Assembly: GCA_015655545.1 (NCBI GenBank)
Contig: JAATET010000031.1
Location: 18,099 to 82,098 of the forward strand
Length of the DNA stretch: 64,000 nucleotides
Direction: 5' to 3'
Source: Chthoniobacterales bacterium
Lineage (GTDB): Bacteria; Verrucomicrobiota; Verrucomicrobiia; Chthoniobacterales; JAATET01
Positions 50,668-61,499 of this stretch are shown here, piece by piece; the first letter of the stretch is position 1, and every line of letters begins with the position of its first letter. The notes under the pieces are model-generated. The model worked only from the letters and a program-made list of their open reading frames with translations, made no database searches and was not told the DNA's origin. A program made the translations under genes and the position numbers.

Positions 50668-51330
50668 ATGAATTCCACGGAAGCCGACGGCCCCCAGGAT
50701 CGGTTGCTCGACGCCGCCGGTGAAGTTTTCGCCGAGCGCGGATTCGACGGCGCGACGATCCGCGAGATCACGCGGCAGGCCGGGATGAATGTGGCGGCGG
50801 TGAATTATTACTTTCGCGACAAGGACGAGCTCTACGCCGCGACGCTGCGCCACGCCCACTCGGCGGCCTGCGAGCTGCCCTACGCCGAGGAGGCCGCCTT
50901 GAGCGCCGAAGAGCGCGTGCATGTCTTCGTGCAAAATCTCTTGCGCCGTTTTCTCGATCCGTTGCGTCCGCGCTGGCACGGGCAGCTCATGGCGCGGGAA
51001 ATGGCCTCGCCGACCCGCATCTTTGGCCAGGTCATCGAGGAGGCTTTTCGTCCCAAATGCGCATGGCTCCAGCGCGCTCTCGTCGAGCTCTGCGGCGACC
51101 GCTTCTCCGGGGCGGATCTCGACTACCTGACGACGAGCATCATCGGGCAATGCACGTTCTACCGTCAGAATCGCCAGGTGATCCAGAGCCTCTTTCCCGG
51201 CCTGCTGTCCCCGGACAATCTCGTCGAGCGGCTCGCGCGCCACATCACCGATTTTTCATTGGCCGCCGTGCGGAACATGAAGCCCCACCACCCTTCGCTT
51301 TCAAATGAACCCATCCTCAAATCCCGCTGA
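50668..51330 (+). CDS. TetR-family regulator (CecR/CerR-like)
   Basis: LLDAAGEVFAERGFDGATIREI...VNYYFRDKDELY. Confidence 0.9.
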   Translation: MNSTEADGPQDRLLDAAGEVFAERGFDGATIREITRQAGMNVAAVNYYFRDKDELYAATLRHAHSAACELPYAEEAALSAEERVHVFVQNLLRRFLDPLRPRWHGQLMAREMASPTRIFGQVIEEAFRPKCAWLQRALVELCGDRFSGADLDYLTTSIIGQCTFYRQNRQVIQSLFPGLLSPDNLVERLARHITDFSLAAVRNMKPHHPSLSNEPILKSR

Positions 51331-52384
51331 CGTCCCGAACTCCGGCCGCGCTCTGCGCAGAAGCATCCTCATCGGCACCGTCGTGGCGCTCGTCCTCGTC
51401 GCCGTCGTTTTTTACCTCGGGCATCGCGGCAAGGAATCCACCGACGATTCCTTCATCGAATCGCACATCATCCAGGTCAGTCCGCAGATTGCCGAGCGCG
51501 TCGAAAAGGTGTTTGTGAACGACAACCAGATCGTCAAAAAAGGCGATCTCCTGGTCGAACTGGACGCGCAGAACGAGATCGTGCTCCTGGAAACCGCGCA
51601 GGCAAATCTCGCCTCTTCCGAAGCAAAGCTCGTGCAGGCACAGGCCCAGTTCGAGGCCACAAATTCCGATTTCGCGCAAGCCAGAGCCGACATCGAAGAA
51701 GCGAGGGCCAACGCCGACAACGCCGCCAAGGATTTGACCCGCAACAGCGAGCTGCGCAAGAGCGGCGCCATCGCCCAGCGCGAATACGACACCTCGCAAA
51801 TGCAGGCGCTTTCCACGAAGGCCGCCTTCGACAGCAAGCGGCAGAGCGCCCTCTCCGCGGAGTCCACCGTGAAGGTCCGCGCCGCCGAGGTGAAAGCCGC
51901 CGAGGCCCAGGTCGTGCAGGCAAAAGCCATGCTCGATGCCGCGCGGCTGCGGCTCTCCTACACGAAAATCAACGCGCCGGCATCGGGCCGCATCACGCGA
52001 AAAAATGTCGAGCCCGGCAGCTACGTGCAGACCGGAAACGCCCTGCTCGCCGTCGTGTCGCCGGAAGTCTGGGTCGTCGCGAATTTCAAGGAAACGCAGC
52101 TCGACCGCATGCGCCCCGGCCAGCCGGTGGATATTCGCATCGACGCCTATCCGTCGCTGAAGTTGCGCGGATGGGTGGACAGCATCCAATCCGGCACCGG
52201 CTCGCGCTTCAGCCTGCTACCGTCGGAAAACGCGACTGGAAATTACGTGAAAGTCGTCCAGCGCGTGCCGGTGAAGATCGTGCTCGATCTTCCGAAGGAC
52301 GCGCCCGAGCTCACGCCGGGCATGTCGGTGGTTCCGGTCGTGCACATCGATCAGCCCGGTCGGGCAAACCAGCCGACGCGATGA
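51305..52384 (+). CDS. EmrA/HlyD-family membrane fusion protein
   Basis: ESTDDS, VKKGDLL, ANFKETQL, FSLLPSENATGNYVKVVQRVPV. Confidence 0.93.
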   Translation: MNPSSNPADVPNSGRALRRSILIGTVVALVLVAVVFYLGHRGKESTDDSFIESHIIQVSPQIAERVEKVFVNDNQIVKKGDLLVELDAQNEIVLLETAQANLASSEAKLVQAQAQFEATNSDFAQARADIEEARANADNAAKDLTRNSELRKSGAIAQREYDTSQMQALSTKAAFDSKRQSALSAESTVKVRAAEVKAAEAQVVQAKAMLDAARLRLSYTKINAPASGRITRKNVEPGSYVQTGNALLAVVSPEVWVVANFKETQLDRMRPGQPVDIRIDAYPSLKLRGWVDSIQSGTGSRFSLLPSENATGNYVKVVQRVPVKIVLDLPKDAPELTPGMSVVPVVHIDQPGRANQPTR

Positions 52385-53967
52385 CGGAATCCGCGCGCCC
52401 GGCCGTCAATCCCTGGCTTGTCACCGTCGTCATTTCCATGGCGACATTCATGGAGGTGCTCGACACCAGCGTGGCGAATGTCTCGCTCAGCCACATCGCC
52501 GGCGGGCTCGCCTCGAGCGTGGACGAGGCGAACTGGGTGCTCACGACCTATCTCGTCGCGAACGCGATCATGATGCCGATCAGCGGATGGTTCGGCACGG
52601 TCATCGGGCTCAAGCGGTTTTTCATGATTTGCGTCGCGCTTTTCACGGCGAGCTCGCTGCTCTGCGGCCTCGCCACCAGTCTCGATCAGCTCATTTTCTT
52701 TCGCATTCTCCAAGGGGTCGGCGGAGCGGGCATGGCGCCCGTCGTGCAGGCGATGCTCGCGGATTTGTTCCCGCCGGAAAAACGCGGCTCCGCCTTCGCC
52801 GTTTACGGACTCGCAGTCGTTTTCGCACCGGCCATCGGCCCCACCCTGGGTGGCTGGATCACCGACAACTACAGCTGGCACTGGATCTTCCTCATCAATA
52901 TCCCGGTCGGCATCGTTTCGCTCGTTCTCACGGCGGCCTTGGTGACCGAGTCGCCCGTCGCGAAAGCCGAACGCGAGCGCGTGGTGAAAGACAAAAACTT
53001 CCGCGTGGATTGGCCCGGCTTCGCGCTCACCGTGCTCGGCATCGGCTGCCTCGAGATGTTCGTGGATCGCGGTCAGCACGAGGATTGGTTCTCGTCGAAT
53101 TTCATCACCACGATGGCGGTTGTTTCCTGCGTTTCGCTCGTCGCGCTGGTTTTGTGGGAGCTCCGCCAGCGCGATCCGATGGTCGATATCCGGCTGCTAA
53201 AAGTCCCGAGCTTCATGGCGGCATTCGTGTCGATGTTCGCGCTGGGATTCGTGCTTTTCGGCAGCACGGCGCTGCTGCCGCAGGTGCTCCAGGGCTTGCT
53301 CGGCTACACTTCGCAACAATCCGGTATGGCCCTCACCGCGGGCGGCATCGTGATGATCGTGATGATGCCGTTGGTCGGCGGATTTTTCGTGCACCGGATC
53401 CAGGCCCGCTATCTCGTGATCGCCGGCCTGCTCATGGAGGCGGCCTCGCTGTTCCACATGGGCCGCACGTTCAATCTCGATCTCACTTTCGACGACGCGG
53501 TGTGGGCGCGCGTTTTTCAGACCGTCGGGCTGGCCTTCCTCTTCATCCCGATCATGCAAAGCGCCTACTTGCGCCTGCCGCCGGGCAAGAACGGCAACGC
53601 GTCCGCGCTCATCAACCTCGCGCGCAACCTCGGCGGCAGCGTGGGCATCGCCTTGTCGAGCACCTTCGTTACGCAGCGGTCGCAGTTCCATCAATCGCGG
53701 CTCGTCGAGCACGTCTCCGCCTACGATCCGCAGACGCAAAGCGTGCTCCAGCAGCTCAGCGCCATGTTTTCGAGCCACGGCGGCAACGGGCACGATCAGG
53801 CGCTCGGAGCGATCTACGGCATGGTGCAGCGGCAGGCGGGCATGCTCTCCTACGTCGAGGTATTTTACTTCATGGCGTTCGGCATTTTACTGATCGTGCC
53901 GCTCACGCTTCTGCTGCCCAGGAACGATCCCCGTGCGAAGGCCGACCCCTCGGCCACCGCGCACTAG
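52381..53967 (+). CDS. DHA2-family MFS efflux permease (EmrB-like)
   Basis: TFMEVLDTSVANVSL, WVLTTYLVANAI, APAIGPTLGGWITDNYSWHWIF, RNLGGSVG. Confidence 0.93.
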   Translation: MTESARPAVNPWLVTVVISMATFMEVLDTSVANVSLSHIAGGLASSVDEANWVLTTYLVANAIMMPISGWFGTVIGLKRFFMICVALFTASSLLCGLATSLDQLIFFRILQGVGGAGMAPVVQAMLADLFPPEKRGSAFAVYGLAVVFAPAIGPTLGGWITDNYSWHWIFLINIPVGIVSLVLTAALVTESPVAKAERERVVKDKNFRVDWPGFALTVLGIGCLEMFVDRGQHEDWFSSNFITTMAVVSCVSLVALVLWELRQRDPMVDIRLLKVPSFMAAFVSMFALGFVLFGSTALLPQVLQGLLGYTSQQSGMALTAGGIVMIVMMPLVGGFFVHRIQARYLVIAGLLMEAASLFHMGRTFNLDLTFDDAVWARVFQTVGLAFLFIPIMQSAYLRLPPGKNGNASALINLARNLGGSVGIALSSTFVTQRSQFHQSRLVEHVSAYDPQTQSVLQQLSAMFSSHGGNGHDQALGAIYGMVQRQAGMLSYVEVFYFMAFGILLIVPLTLLLPRNDPRAKADPSATAH

Positions 53968-54019
53968 AAGCCGCTTGCGTTTCCCGGCCCGGCCCGATAC
54001 TTTTCCGCTCCACCTTTAC

Positions 54020-54095
54020 GGGGTCTTAGCTCAGTTGGTAGAGCGCCTCAATGGCATTGAGGAGGTCAGCGGTTCGATCCCGCTAGGCTCCACCA
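54020..54095 (+). tRNA. tRNA-Ala(GGC)
   Basis: Cloverleaf GGGGTCT...CCTCA-AT-GGC-AT-TGAGG...TTCGATC...AGGCTCC-ACCA; G3:U70 identity pair; encoded CCA. Confidence 0.97.
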
Positions 54096-54210
54096 CTTCA
54101 AGTGGTTGAACGAAAGAAGCTCTCAAGCGGAAGCTCTGTCTTGATCCGTCCCGGCACCGCCCAAGATGTTCGCCCGGCTCGCCGGCGATCGGAACCCCGC
54201 CCGCCGCCCA

Positions 54211-57200
54211 TCAAGGGATGGTGGCCTTGAGTCGGATGAAGCGGGAGTTGAAGGCCTTGAAAGGGGTGTTGTCCCGGACGCGCAGGGTGGAGGCAGTATC
54301 GATCTCGACCGTTGTGCCGTCACTGGTCCATGCGGCGGAGTCCTTGAGATTCCCCGTGACCTCCACGCGCAGGGCCACATCGGTGGCGTCCGGATTTTTC
54401 GAAGTGGTCAGACGGAGGTAGGTTTCCGCGCCGATCGTTTCGGCATCCACGACGATTCCGCTGGGCCCGTTGGCGCGGGGAGGAAGCCCGAGGGCATATT
54501 CCAGGAGATTATTGAGGCCGTCGCCATCCGGGTCCGCGAGATTCCCCGCGATGAGAGAGTTTCCGGCATCGGCGCCGAACTGATCGATACGCCAGAGATC
54601 GAGCTTCGATTGCACGGTGATCGCGACCGTCGTGGAGGCGGACTTCAGCGGATAGACGCCGGCGATGCCATCGTCCTGAACGCCGACGGTCAGGTTGACC
54701 ACCTGGCCGGAAGGCAGGGCGCCGGCATTCACCACGGTGATCGCGCCGGTGGCGGAATTCATGGCAAAAGCCCCCGCCGCATTGCCGCCAAGAATGGCGT
54801 AACAGCGCGGACCACCCTCCGGATCGTTGGCGGAAACCGTGCCGACGAGCGTGCCATTTGTCGCATGAACGGACGTGGTGAAGGCATAAGGCGCCCCGGA
54901 CCAAACCGGCGCGACATTGATGTCGAACGGCTTCAGCGCCGTCCCGGGGATAATCGTCGGGGTCGCAATGTCCGGCCCCGTCCACGCCACCTGCACGAAG
55001 TCCGCGCCGGCCCCTTCTTTATGGATCGTCTCGATGTAGTAGGACTGGCCGGCCGTCAAAGTGTAGGTGGGGGAGACTTGGGACGAGCCTGTCCACACGT
55101 TGCGCAAGGTCGATGTCGAAACGCCGGCGACCTGGGTCACCGCCGGCGTGGGACCGGCGGTATTGAAGCGCAGCTGCGACGCATCGTCGCTGGCAATGTA
55201 AAACTTGTAGCTGCCGGTCGTGGGCGGCACGACGCAGGCGCGAATCCGCGAGCCATAATTGTCTCCGTAATTCGCGCCGGTATCGAAAGACGACAGAACC
55301 CTCGAAGTGGTGGGCAGGTTGGGATAAACGGCGGATTTGCTGGTCAGGTCGGCAACCGTCGCCCCCGCGATGCCGGTCCAAATCTGCTGCACGATGCCGT
55401 CGGCCGTGATTACGCCGGCCCCCGCCACATTCACGGTGATCTTGCCCGTTCCGGACAATGCGGAGGCGCTGTTATCCGTGGCTTTGATCTGCAAGGCGTA
55501 GGAGGTCGCTGCCGATGCCGAGAGATTTGCGTTATTCGCGACAAAAAGCCGCCCGGTGGCCGCATCGATGCCAAAAATCCCGGCATTATTCCCCCCCGCG
55601 ATGGCGAAGCTGAGCGTATCCTCCGCATTCCCATCGGTCGCTGCAACCATGCCCACGGAGCTCCCGGTGTAGGCGTCTTTGCGGACGGTCAAGGTGGCGG
55701 CGGGGACGATCGGGGCGTAATTCGGGGAAAACGGGACCAGGAATCGTCCGGGAATGACCTGTTGCGCGATATTTGGTCCCTGCCACGCGACCGCGAGATG
55801 ATCGCCGCCGTTGCCCTGCGCCTGACGCGCCTCGATGTAATAAGGTTGCCCGGCGGTGAGAGCGATCACCGCCGTTTTTTGCGACGCGTATTTTGTGTAT
55901 TGATGCGGATCGGTCCAGCCGGTGGCCGTCGCCCGCACCGTGGCGGAGGCAGGGCTCGCATTCGGACTCAGGCGGAGTTCGCCCTGATCGTCGGAAGAAA
56001 TCCAGAATGTGTAATTGCCCGTGGCTGGCGGAATCAGATAACCCCGCACCGTGCTGCCGTAGTAGTTCATGCCGTGCGTATCGGCATCGAATTTCGTCAG
56101 GATTTCCACCGAGTCGGGCTGGTCGGGGAACTTCGGGCTGGCGGTCAAATTACCGAGCACGCCGGTGCCGCCAATATTCTCATAGAAACACCGCAGGACC
56201 GTGCCAGGCGTGTAGCCTGACGGCGTCGGGATGACGGTCACCGTGACCTGGACGTCCTTCGTCAAGGCAGGGGTGCCGTGATCGGTGGCCCTCAAGACCA
56301 GCGGATAAGTCGTCGGCGTGGAGACATCGACCGCCGCCGCCGCCGAGATCACCCCGGTGAAGGCATCAATGGCAAAAATGCCGCCCGCATTGCCGCTAAG
56401 GATCGAAAAAATTGGGAAGTCGAATCGATCCGGGTCGCTGCCAATCGCCGTAAACAAAGCCGTCCCGCTCTTGGTATGCGCCAACATGGTAAACGAACCG
56501 CCGGTGAGGGTTGGCGCTTCATTCACGTCCCCGACGGTGACAACCACGCGGATGGATTCGTTCAGGGAAGGGGCGGCTCCATCGGTAATGGTCACAAAAA
56601 GCTGAAAAGTCGCGGGGTCGTCCCATTGCTTCGAGAGAGCCTCGTAATTGAGAAGCGTCGAGTTCGCGACCGTGATCACGCCGTTCGCGGGATTTATCGA
56701 AAACGCGCCGCTTTCGTTCCCGGACGCAATCGCCCAAGTCAGCGGATTCGTCCCGTGACCCACCCTCGGTGCAATGGTCCCGACGGCCGTGCCATTGGCC
56801 GTGTTTTCCGCGACGGTGAGACGATCCGGCTTCACGCCGCCGGTGGTTGTTCCCGTGATCAGATAAGCGCCAATCGTTCCATAGTCCGTATACCCGGTGG
56901 TCAGCGGATCGCCTTTCCCGACGCCGTCCACGCGCAGGGTATATTCCCCCGCGGGAAGGGTGGCGGAAACGGTCGCCGCGAGTTGAGCTTCCGGGTTGCT
57001 GCCGGCCACGAGCACGCCCGCGCTATCATAGATTTCCGCCAGGATATCGAGATTCGGGCCGGCGTTTACCGGCGTCACGGTGAAGAAATTCGCGCCGCCG
57101 GTCGTTTTGAAGCGAAAAGCGTCCACGTCGTTCCTTGTCTCGATAATTCCTTCGTTCGAGACGCTGTTATTTGGCTGTATCTCGAGGTATCCGGCGGTGG

Positions 57201-58662
57201 CCAGCGTCGCTCCGTAGTCGTCCGCGCGATAGTCGACCGAGTTGTTGTTGTTCGTGATGATCGAAAGATCGTCTTCCTTGTTACTCGGGTTGGCGTATTC
57301 GCCCTTCGACCATTGACAGAGATTTTGATAATAACCAACGCCCATGATCGGCGCCCAACCGGTTTCCCCGGAGCCTTGTCCTTGATAATATTCCACATGC
57401 GGCATCCCTGGATTGTCCTGCCCATCATGCGAGAGCCCGAGGGTATGCCCGATCTCATGCGAGGAAGCATCGGCCGCGCTTTTTCCCGTGGAGTAGAACG
57501 ACCAGCAAACGGAGTCGCCACTCCAATTCCACGCGCCCACAAAAGCCACGCCACCGGCCGATGGTGCCGCGGTCGTCGTCGGGGTGAGGATCACATGGAT
57601 CCGACTGGTTTCCGGCGCCTTGTCGAAGACATTCCGATCCGTCGTTACATTGATATTAAATGCTTGATAGTCTTCCGCGATGCGCTGCCAGACATCCTTG
57701 ATCTGCGCGTTGGTCGCGTTGGAGGGCGCCGCATCGAAATTTCCCCAGCCCGCAAACGGCCCTTTTTCTCCGTCGAAGTCGAGGTAGATCACTCCGGCCG
57801 CCCCCGGCAGACTTTGCAAGGGCACAACGCCGTTTTGAGATCCCGCAATGGGTATATTGGTCGGATGCGTCTGCGGGACGGCCATCGTCGTCCCATCCGA
57901 AGGGCCGCTCGCCGGAACGCTCGCCACCAGCTGGGCCGGTTCATTCGTCGAAGTCGCGGGCGCGGTTGCCGTTGCGGGCGGCGTTGCGGAAACCGATGTC
58001 GTGCCCCCATCTTTTTTCAGCGTCGGGAATCCAAAGCAGACCACATCCCCGAGGCGGCGGGCGACGAGCATGGGGGTTCCCCCCGGGCCGATGGGCTCGG
58101 CGCGGTAGGCCACGAGGCCCTTGTCGAAGCGCACATTTCCCACGAACATACCCGCGGGCGTCGCCACGGTTTGTTTCTGGAAAAAATAAAAACCCGGCTC
58201 GGGCGCGGAAAGACGCCCCTGCACCAGCGACACGTTGCCTTTCGCGTCCCGCTTCAGCATTTCCACCGTTCCGACCGCCAACTGGCCTCCGGGCAGGGTG
58301 AAATTCGCGGCTTGCTCCGATCCATGGACGATCTTGTCGAGAAAGTCCGGCGCCAGGGCCAATGGCGGAGGCCCGCCCGGGAGAGGCTCCTCGGTTTTCG
58401 TGGGGACATGAACCGCGCCCGGCCGCGCCGGCGCCACCATCGGATCGACACCCGCAAAAAGATTCCCGGCGGCCGCCTGTAACGGTGCCGGCGGCGTTGA
58501 ACCCCGAGGCGCCGCCGCCATCGGCATCTGCCCTGCCGGCGAGGTCTGCGCCGCCACCGGCTTTTGAGCCTGCCCCGATGGGGAAGGCGGATTAGTGAGC
58601 AAAAAGATCACACCAAGCGCCAGGAGAACCAGGCACAGCAAAAAGGCGAGGGAACGCTTCAT
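54211..58662 (-). CDS. large secreted metzincin metalloprotease with PPC, cadherin-like and PA14 domains
   Basis: N-terminal signal/TM, HEIGHTLGLSHDG, PIMG Met-turn, GNxxGxFxI cadherin repeats, YTFWISSDD/YKFYIASDD PA14 motifs, C-terminal DPDGDGLNNLLEYALG...RFIRLK. Confidence 0.88.
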   Translation of the reverse strand: MKRSLAFLLCLVLLALGVIFLLTNPPSPSGQAQKPVAAQTSPAGQMPMAAAPRGSTPPAPLQAAAGNLFAGVDPMVAPARPGAVHVPTKTEEPLPGGPPPLALAPDFLDKIVHGSEQAANFTLPGGQLAVGTVEMLKRDAKGNVSLVQGRLSAPEPGFYFFQKQTVATPAGMFVGNVRFDKGLVAYRAEPIGPGGTPMLVARRLGDVVCFGFPTLKKDGGTTSVSATPPATATAPATSTNEPAQLVASVPASGPSDGTTMAVPQTHPTNIPIAGSQNGVVPLQSLPGAAGVIYLDFDGEKGPFAGWGNFDAAPSNATNAQIKDVWQRIAEDYQAFNINVTTDRNVFDKAPETSRIHVILTPTTTAAPSAGGVAFVGAWNWSGDSVCWSFYSTGKSAADASSHEIGHTLGLSHDGQDNPGMPHVEYYQGQGSGETGWAPIMGVGYYQNLCQWSKGEYANPSNKEDDLSIITNNNNSVDYRADDYGATLATAGYLEIQPNNSVSNEGIIETRNDVDAFRFKTTGGANFFTVTPVNAGPNLDILAEIYDSAGVLVAGSNPEAQLAATVSATLPAGEYTLRVDGVGKGDPLTTGYTDYGTIGAYLITGTTTGGVKPDRLTVAENTANGTAVGTIAPRVGHGTNPLTWAIASGNESGAFSINPANGVITVANSTLLNYEALSKQWDDPATFQLFVTITDGAAPSLNESIRVVVTVGDVNEAPTLTGGSFTMLAHTKSGTALFTAIGSDPDRFDFPIFSILSGNAGGIFAIDAFTGVISAAAAVDVSTPTTYPLVLRATDHGTPALTKDVQVTVTVIPTPSGYTPGTVLRCFYENIGGTGVLGNLTASPKFPDQPDSVEILTKFDADTHGMNYYGSTVRGYLIPPATGNYTFWISSDDQGELRLSPNASPASATVRATATGWTDPHQYTKYASQKTAVIALTAGQPYYIEARQAQGNGGDHLAVAWQGPNIAQQVIPGRFLVPFSPNYAPIVPAATLTVRKDAYTGSSVGMVAATDGNAEDTLSFAIAGGNNAGIFGIDAATGRLFVANNANLSASAATSYALQIKATDNSASALSGTGKITVNVAGAGVITADGIVQQIWTGIAGATVADLTSKSAVYPNLPTTSRVLSSFDTGANYGDNYGSRIRACVVPPTTGSYKFYIASDDASQLRFNTAGPTPAVTQVAGVSTSTLRNVWTGSSQVSPTYTLTAGQSYYIETIHKEGAGADFVQVAWTGPDIATPTIIPGTALKPFDINVAPVWSGAPYAFTTSVHATNGTLVGTVSANDPEGGPRCYAILGGNAAGAFAMNSATGAITVVNAGALPSGQVVNLTVGVQDDGIAGVYPLKSASTTVAITVQSKLDLWRIDQFGADAGNSLIAGNLADPDGDGLNNLLEYALGLPPRANGPSGIVVDAETIGAETYLRLTTSKNPDATDVALRVEVTGNLKDSAAWTSDGTTVEIDTASTLRVRDNTPFKAFNSRFIRLKATIP

Positions 58663-59000
58663 CTAACTGGGGAGTTAAGATTGGGGGAAAGAGACAAACC
58701 CTACGGCTGTCCGCTGAACGCTCCTAAAGGACACTTTCCCGCCACCAGGCTATCCTCGGAGTCTCCGCATGCAAGGAGTGAAATCCCCGCGTCGCGATTT
58801 CCCCAAAGAATTTATCGAATTCCTTGTCGAATGACAAATCCAGCGCCGCTCTCCCGTCCACTCATACGCCGCCACCGGCCGTTTCGTGAGTAACGAACGG
58901 GTCATTCATTTCCGGTCATGCCATTTTCCCACATCGGTGTGTTGCGAGGTCTCCCTCCGAGATTTTCACGATACATTTCCAGAAGCTGCGCTTCCGACGG

Positions 59001-60326
59001 CTATGGAGTTGGATTCGCGCGGATGAAATTTCGGAACCAGTCGCCGGCAGGCTCGAGCACGCGATCTTTCGTCTTGGGATCGACGTGGGTAAGTCCGAAA
59101 TTGGCGGCGTAGCCTTCGGCCCATTCGTAGTTGTCGCTGAGCGTCCAGGCGAAGTAACCGCGGATGTCCACGCCGTCGGCCAGGGCGCGCCGCATCTGGT
59201 TCACGTGCTCGCGGAAGTAGCGGATTTTCTTCTGCTCGCTCTGCGTGCCGATGCCGTTCTCGGTGACGAGGATCGGCTTGCCGTAGCGATTCTGGACGGC
59301 CTTGAGGACGGTATAGAAGCCCTCCGGCGCGATCTCCCAGCCGTTTTGCGTGGAGTTGGAATTCTGCTCGCCGTAGGGGCGGAAAATGAACCGGGTGACG
59401 GAGGCGTCCTGCGAGTAATAATAATTCACGCCGACCATGTCCATCGTGTCGGCCACCTGGTCGAGATGGTCGAAGTTCTGCCGCATCATCATATTGTAGA
59501 CGAAGCCGGTGGGGTCCTGGAGGAAGTTGCGGCGCCAGTTCGGGATCGAGTAGATGCCGATGACGATGGCGTCGCGGCGGGCGCGGTGAATGATGCCGGC
59601 CGCATCGCGGAACATGGCCGCGCACGTTTTTGTCGCCTTTTTGAGCGCGAACGGAGTCATCAGCAGCCCGGGGGGCCAGTGACCGCCGAAGTAGCCGATG
59701 TAGAGGTCGCCGTTCGGCTCGTTTTGCGGCACGTAGACGCGAACGAACGGCGAAAGCGCCGCGACCATTTTTTCGACATACACACGCCACGCGGCTTCGA
59801 CATCGGGATGGAGAAAATCGGAACGGTTCTTGTGCTTGCTGTCGTAGAGCCAGTCGGGAAACGTGAAGTGCCAGAGCGTGACGACCGGCTCGATGCCGGC
59901 GGCCTTCAGCTTGCGGGCCATGGCCGCGTATTGCCGGATGGCGGCTTCGTTGAAGACGCCCGGTTTCGGCTCGACGCGACCCCACTCGATGCCGAAACGG
60001 TAGTGGTTCACGCCGATTTTTTTCAAGACCTCGACGTCCTTGTCGAAATACGTCCAGGAAAACGTCGCGTCGTCGCCGCGCGGCGGAATGCGGCCTTCCT
60101 CGGCGAAGACGTCCCAGTCGGTCTTGAAATAATACGGCGAATCCTTCGCGATGCCGCGATCCTCGTTCTGGAAGCTCGCGGTCGAGGCGCCCCACCAGAA
60201 CGGGCCGGTGCGGACGTCCTTCGCGGGCCCGTCCGGCCTTTGGTAAGGCTTCGGCGCCGTCACGCAGCCCGCCATTCCGATCAGAAAAAAAAGAGCGCCG
60301 AGAGCCGGGCGGGTTGGGATATTCAT
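59001..60326 (-). CDS. GH1 glycoside hydrolase, lipoprotein
   Basis: Lipobox MAGC, FWWGASTASFQNE, YRFGIEWGRVEP, QNEP, VTENG, DNYEW. Confidence 0.92.
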   Translation of the reverse strand: MNIPTRPALGALFFLIGMAGCVTAPKPYQRPDGPAKDVRTGPFWWGASTASFQNEDRGIAKDSPYYFKTDWDVFAEEGRIPPRGDDATFSWTYFDKDVEVLKKIGVNHYRFGIEWGRVEPKPGVFNEAAIRQYAAMARKLKAAGIEPVVTLWHFTFPDWLYDSKHKNRSDFLHPDVEAAWRVYVEKMVAALSPFVRVYVPQNEPNGDLYIGYFGGHWPPGLLMTPFALKKATKTCAAMFRDAAGIIHRARRDAIVIGIYSIPNWRRNFLQDPTGFVYNMMMRQNFDHLDQVADTMDMVGVNYYYSQDASVTRFIFRPYGEQNSNSTQNGWEIAPEGFYTVLKAVQNRYGKPILVTENGIGTQSEQKKIRYFREHVNQMRRALADGVDIRGYFAWTLSDNYEWAEGYAANFGLTHVDPKTKDRVLEPAGDWFRNFIRANPTP

Positions 60327-60384
60327 GCGCTGCCCATGCTTGGGAGAGGCTTGCTTTTATCGGGTGGCGCAGCATTCTTCAACG

Positions 60385-61308
60385 ATGAATCCTTCGCGAC
60401 GGCTCCTCCCGGCCCTGATTCTATGCCTCTGCGCGATGCACGGCGCGCTGGCGAACGACGATTCCTTCTCGGCGCCCGACAGCCTCGTCTTGAAAGACGG
60501 CCGCATGGTCCGCGGGCTCATCATCAAGAACTCGCGCGACGCCGTCCTGCTCCAGGAAAAAACCGGAGAAATCTCCTATCCGAAAAGCGGGATCGTGCGC
60601 ATCCGCGACGAGGCGGACGACAAGGCGATGTTTACCGGCGTGAATCGCAAGGGCGACCTGCCCGCCTGGCGCGTGATCGCGAACGACCTGCGCACGCACG
60701 ACGAGATCAAGTCGCTCGTCGAGATTCCGCCCACCGCCGTCGATAACGGCGTGTTCAAAAACGTGCCTTACATGTCCTTCCGGGCGAACCGCGACATCGA
60801 GCTCGACATCTACGGCGATCCGGAAGACCCCGCCGGATTCGAGATCGGCATTTTCGGGGCCCGCTCGGGCGACGACAAACTGCGCAAGGTCATCCGCGCC
60901 TTCCTGGCCGGCTTTCTCTCGACTCGCGACGAGTTGGCGACGCTCTATTCGCTGAGTTTCAACGGCGGCCTCCAGACGGCGGGAAATGTCACCATCGAGA
61001 TCACGCCGAAGACCGCTCCCGATGCCTACGGCGCGTGGTGGATTTCGTTCTACAATCAAAAATCCCTCGCCAAAGTCCGGCTCAGCGACGCCGCTTACGC
61101 CAGGGTCACCCGGCCGGTGAACGAAGTCGTGGACAAGCACGGCCTCGTTCTGGCCAGCGTCCTGATGAGCAAGGAACTGAGCCTTTCCGAGAAGATGCAG
61201 TTCGTCGGAGACAATGCCCGGGCGCTGCTCCGGGGATTTTATCGCGATAAAAACGGAGACTTAAGATTGTTCACGGAGGCGACTCCGCCGCCTCTGCACG
61301 GGGGTTGA
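60385..61308 (+). CDS. exported hypothetical protein
   Basis: Signal peptide (ALA-ND), DSLVLKDGRMVRG module, IPPTAVDNGVFKNVPYMSFR. Confidence 0.75.
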   Translation: MNPSRRLLPALILCLCAMHGALANDDSFSAPDSLVLKDGRMVRGLIIKNSRDAVLLQEKTGEISYPKSGIVRIRDEADDKAMFTGVNRKGDLPAWRVIANDLRTHDEIKSLVEIPPTAVDNGVFKNVPYMSFRANRDIELDIYGDPEDPAGFEIGIFGARSGDDKLRKVIRAFLAGFLSTRDELATLYSLSFNGGLQTAGNVTIEITPKTAPDAYGAWWISFYNQKSLAKVRLSDAAYARVTRPVNEVVDKHGLVLASVLMSKELSLSEKMQFVGDNARALLRGFYRDKNGDLRLFTEATPPPLHGG

Positions 61309-61499
61309 GCGAGTGAAGTCTGCCGTTTGATTTGCGGCCTGTCCCTGACGGTGGGTGAGACGAAAATAATGCGTCCTTCTGACTAGGCGAGGATGGAAAC
61401 TTGGAGCATTCTACGCCTTCGAGTTCGCTTGCCGGCCCGATTTTGTCCCCCGTCACCAAGCGCCGAATTCAAATTCCCATGGCTTATTCCGCAATTCTC

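Noticed and set aside
54020-59000. Integrative element or prophage at tRNA-Ala
   Set aside because: No integrase or phage genes, and I did not see a duplicated tRNA 3' end in the window.
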